Source: an uncultured Nautiliales bacterium (GTDB taxonomy: Bacteria > Campylobacterota > Campylobacteria > Campylobacterales > JAADDX01). From it: a stretch of 28,985 nucleotides of DNA. The stretch covers positions 1 through 28,985 of the forward strand of contig CAZBVR010000081.1 in assembly GCA_964495415.1 (NCBI GenBank). The letters are read 5' to 3'. The number at the start of each line of letters is the position of its first letter. Position 1 is the first letter of the stretch. The position numbers and the translations under genes are program-made. Below are positions 27,597 to 28,985 of the stretch, piece by piece. Below the pieces are notes generated by a model that ran no database searches, was not told the DNA's origin, and saw only the letters and a list, made by a program, of their open reading frames with translations.

Positions 27597-28985
27597 TTAC
27601 TCTCTTTCTTTCAAAAGTTGTTTTGCATAATTTAAAGCCTCTCTATTAGGTTTTTTACCACTAATAATTCTTGCTATCTCTCGAACTCTCTCCGCTCGAT
27701 TCAACTCTTTAATAAATGAGTTACTTCCCTCTTTCCAAATATAGAAATGTCTATCAGCTTGACTTGTAAGTTGGGGTTGGTGAGATATAGCAAAAATTTG
27801 ATACTTTTTTGATAAAAACTTTAAAACCTTTGCCACACTCATACTCTCTTCACCGCTTAGATTTGCATCCACCTCATCTAAAAAGATAGTTTTTCCTCCC
27901 TCATCAAACTCCACCCTACTCGCTAAAAATGCCAATTTTAGCCTATTAAACTCCCCTGTTGAAAGTTGTCCAATATCGGCACTATTTATATTCATTTTAA
28001 CATAATCTATTCCAAGTCTATTTATCTCCCCTCTTTCCAATTCGATTTCAATAGGAGAAAGATACAATTTTTTTAAAAATCTATTTAACTCATTTTTGAA
28101 AGCTATTACTCCCTTTTTTCTCTTTTGAGATAAAAGCTCAGCTTCTCTATACAACTCTTTCTCTACTTGCTTCATCTCTTTTTCCAAATCCTTTTTTTCA
28201 AAAGAGATATTTTTTAATCTTAACAACTCCTCTCTCTTTTTATCAAGATAATTTAAACTCTCCTCAATTGAGCCAAATCTTTTTATCAATCCTTGCAAAT
28301 CTTCTAACCTTTTTAAAACCTCCTCTATATCAACACTCTCTAAAAACTCCATCTTTTGATATGCAGTTTCAACACAACCTCTTAACTCATTCATTGTTTC
28401 ATTAAAAAAACTATTCTCAACTTCCAACAAATCCAAAAACTCAACCACACTATTTTCATACTCAAACAAAGTATTAACTCTAAGAGACAACTCTCTTAAT
28501 TTTTCTATTTTTGACAACGATTTTTTCAACTCTATCAACTCCTCAAACTCACCCTTCTTTGGAGCAATTCTCTCTATTTTCTCAATCTCAAACTCCAAAA
28601 ACTCTATCAACTCATTTGCTTTCTGCTCTTTTTCTTCAATCTCTTTCATCTCCTTTTTTAACTCTCTATATCGCTCAAACAGCAGTTCCACTCTACTACT
28701 ATCACTCTTAGCAAACTTATCAATTGTTAAAAGTAGATTCTCATTTTTAAACTCTTTACTATTTTTAACTGAAAGATAATCCACAAAATTCGAAGAGATA
28801 TTTTTTACCAACTTTTTTGAAACAGCCTGATTATTTATAAAATATCTTACCTTTTCTCTTTTTAACTGCTTAAAAATGGTAGCCAAATTATCGCTCTCAA
28901 TTCCATACTCTGAAAGGTCTAAACTTCTATCTATCAACACTTCCCCAAGTTTTGCACTCGCTTCAAAATATCCAAAAAGTGATAA
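27597..28985 (-). CDS. recN: DNA repair protein RecN, 3' part; frame is open to the window end
   Basis: Long coiled coil; ABC signature LSTGEFNRL, Walker B IFLDEVDANLSG, ISHQPQL, ERVREIARII. The reading frame continues without a stop from 28940 to 28985 (LSLFGYFEASAKLGEV). Confidence 0.93.
   Translation of the reverse strand, partial: LSLFGYFEASAKLGEVLIDRSLDLSEYGIESDNLATIFKQLKREKVRYFINNQAVSKKLVKNISSNFVDYLSVKNSKEFKNENLLLTIDKFAKSDSSRVELLFERYRELKKEMKEIEEKEQKANELIEFLEFEIEKIERIAPKKGEFEELIELKKSLSKIEKLRELSLRVNTLFEYENSVVEFLDLLEVENSFFNETMNELRGCVETAYQKMEFLESVDIEEVLKRLEDLQGLIKRFGSIEESLNYLDKKREELLRLKNISFEKKDLEKEMKQVEKELYREAELLSQKRKKGVIAFKNELNRFLKKLYLSPIEIELERGEINRLGIDYVKMNINSADIGQLSTGEFNRLKLAFLASRVEFDEGGKTIFLDEVDANLSGEESMSVAKVLKFLSKKYQIFAISHQPQLTSQADRHFYIWKEGSNSFIKELNRAERVREIARIISGKKPNREALNYAKQLLKERE

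Noticed and set aside
27940-27970. RecN ABC signature LSTGE instead of LSGGE as a sign of inactivation
   Set aside because: Signature variation is common in epsilon RecN, and Walker B, D-loop and H-switch are intact.
3837-28711. Remaining short track ORFs (3837+, 6822+, 11592-, 12058+, 13063+, 14949+, 17723-, 17918-, 18442-, 20697-, 22232+, 23859-, 24507-, 26222-, 27130+, 28511+)
   Set aside because: All overlap confident genes on the opposite strand, have low-complexity F/S/I/L-rich translations, and lack RBS or domain evidence.
1-28985. tRNA, rRNA, riboswitch, CRISPR array, IS/prophage or defence island
   Set aside because: All spacers are short (largest about 115 bp), and I saw no cloverleaf, direct-repeat array, transposase/integrase motif or compositional shift.

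Overview
AT-rich, densely coding window from a Campylobacterota (epsilonproteobacterial) chromosome. The assignment rests on GluRS2, BioV, the GVNAGGKT-type MutS2, short TilS and RecN, and TGnTATAAT promoters. A Nautiliales or vent lineage is plausible but not provable from this window. It holds 28 genes, mostly housekeeping: gltX2 (partial), hcp, a minus-strand run rsmH-ftsL-like-RND-mtaB-FtsH-like-bioV-yggT-slt, a class II aldolase-like gene, pckA, lgt, dnaJ, bamA, tyrA, gamma-carbonic anhydrase, cinA, ppk2, a YbjQ-like/HemJ-like pair, tilS, mutS2, a Tat-exported M15 peptidase, a HIT protein, ybeY, an unknown 305-aa ORF and recN (partial). I found no RNA genes, mobile elements, CRISPR arrays or long repeats, and no clearly new multi-gene system. 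The best leads are small-scale. They are a Crp/Fnr (Nss-type) box hidden in the last codons of slt at about -41.5 of hcp, a separately promoted YbjQ-like plus divergent HemJ-like pair, and several degenerate or altered enzymes (protease-dead FtsH, Zn-less aldolase, HxHxQ HIT, possible degenerate GGDEF). Others are a probable ATT start for mtaB, a repeated 16-bp bidirectional promoter element and orphan RBS-like tracts. All homology calls come from motif recognition by eye; no database search was run.
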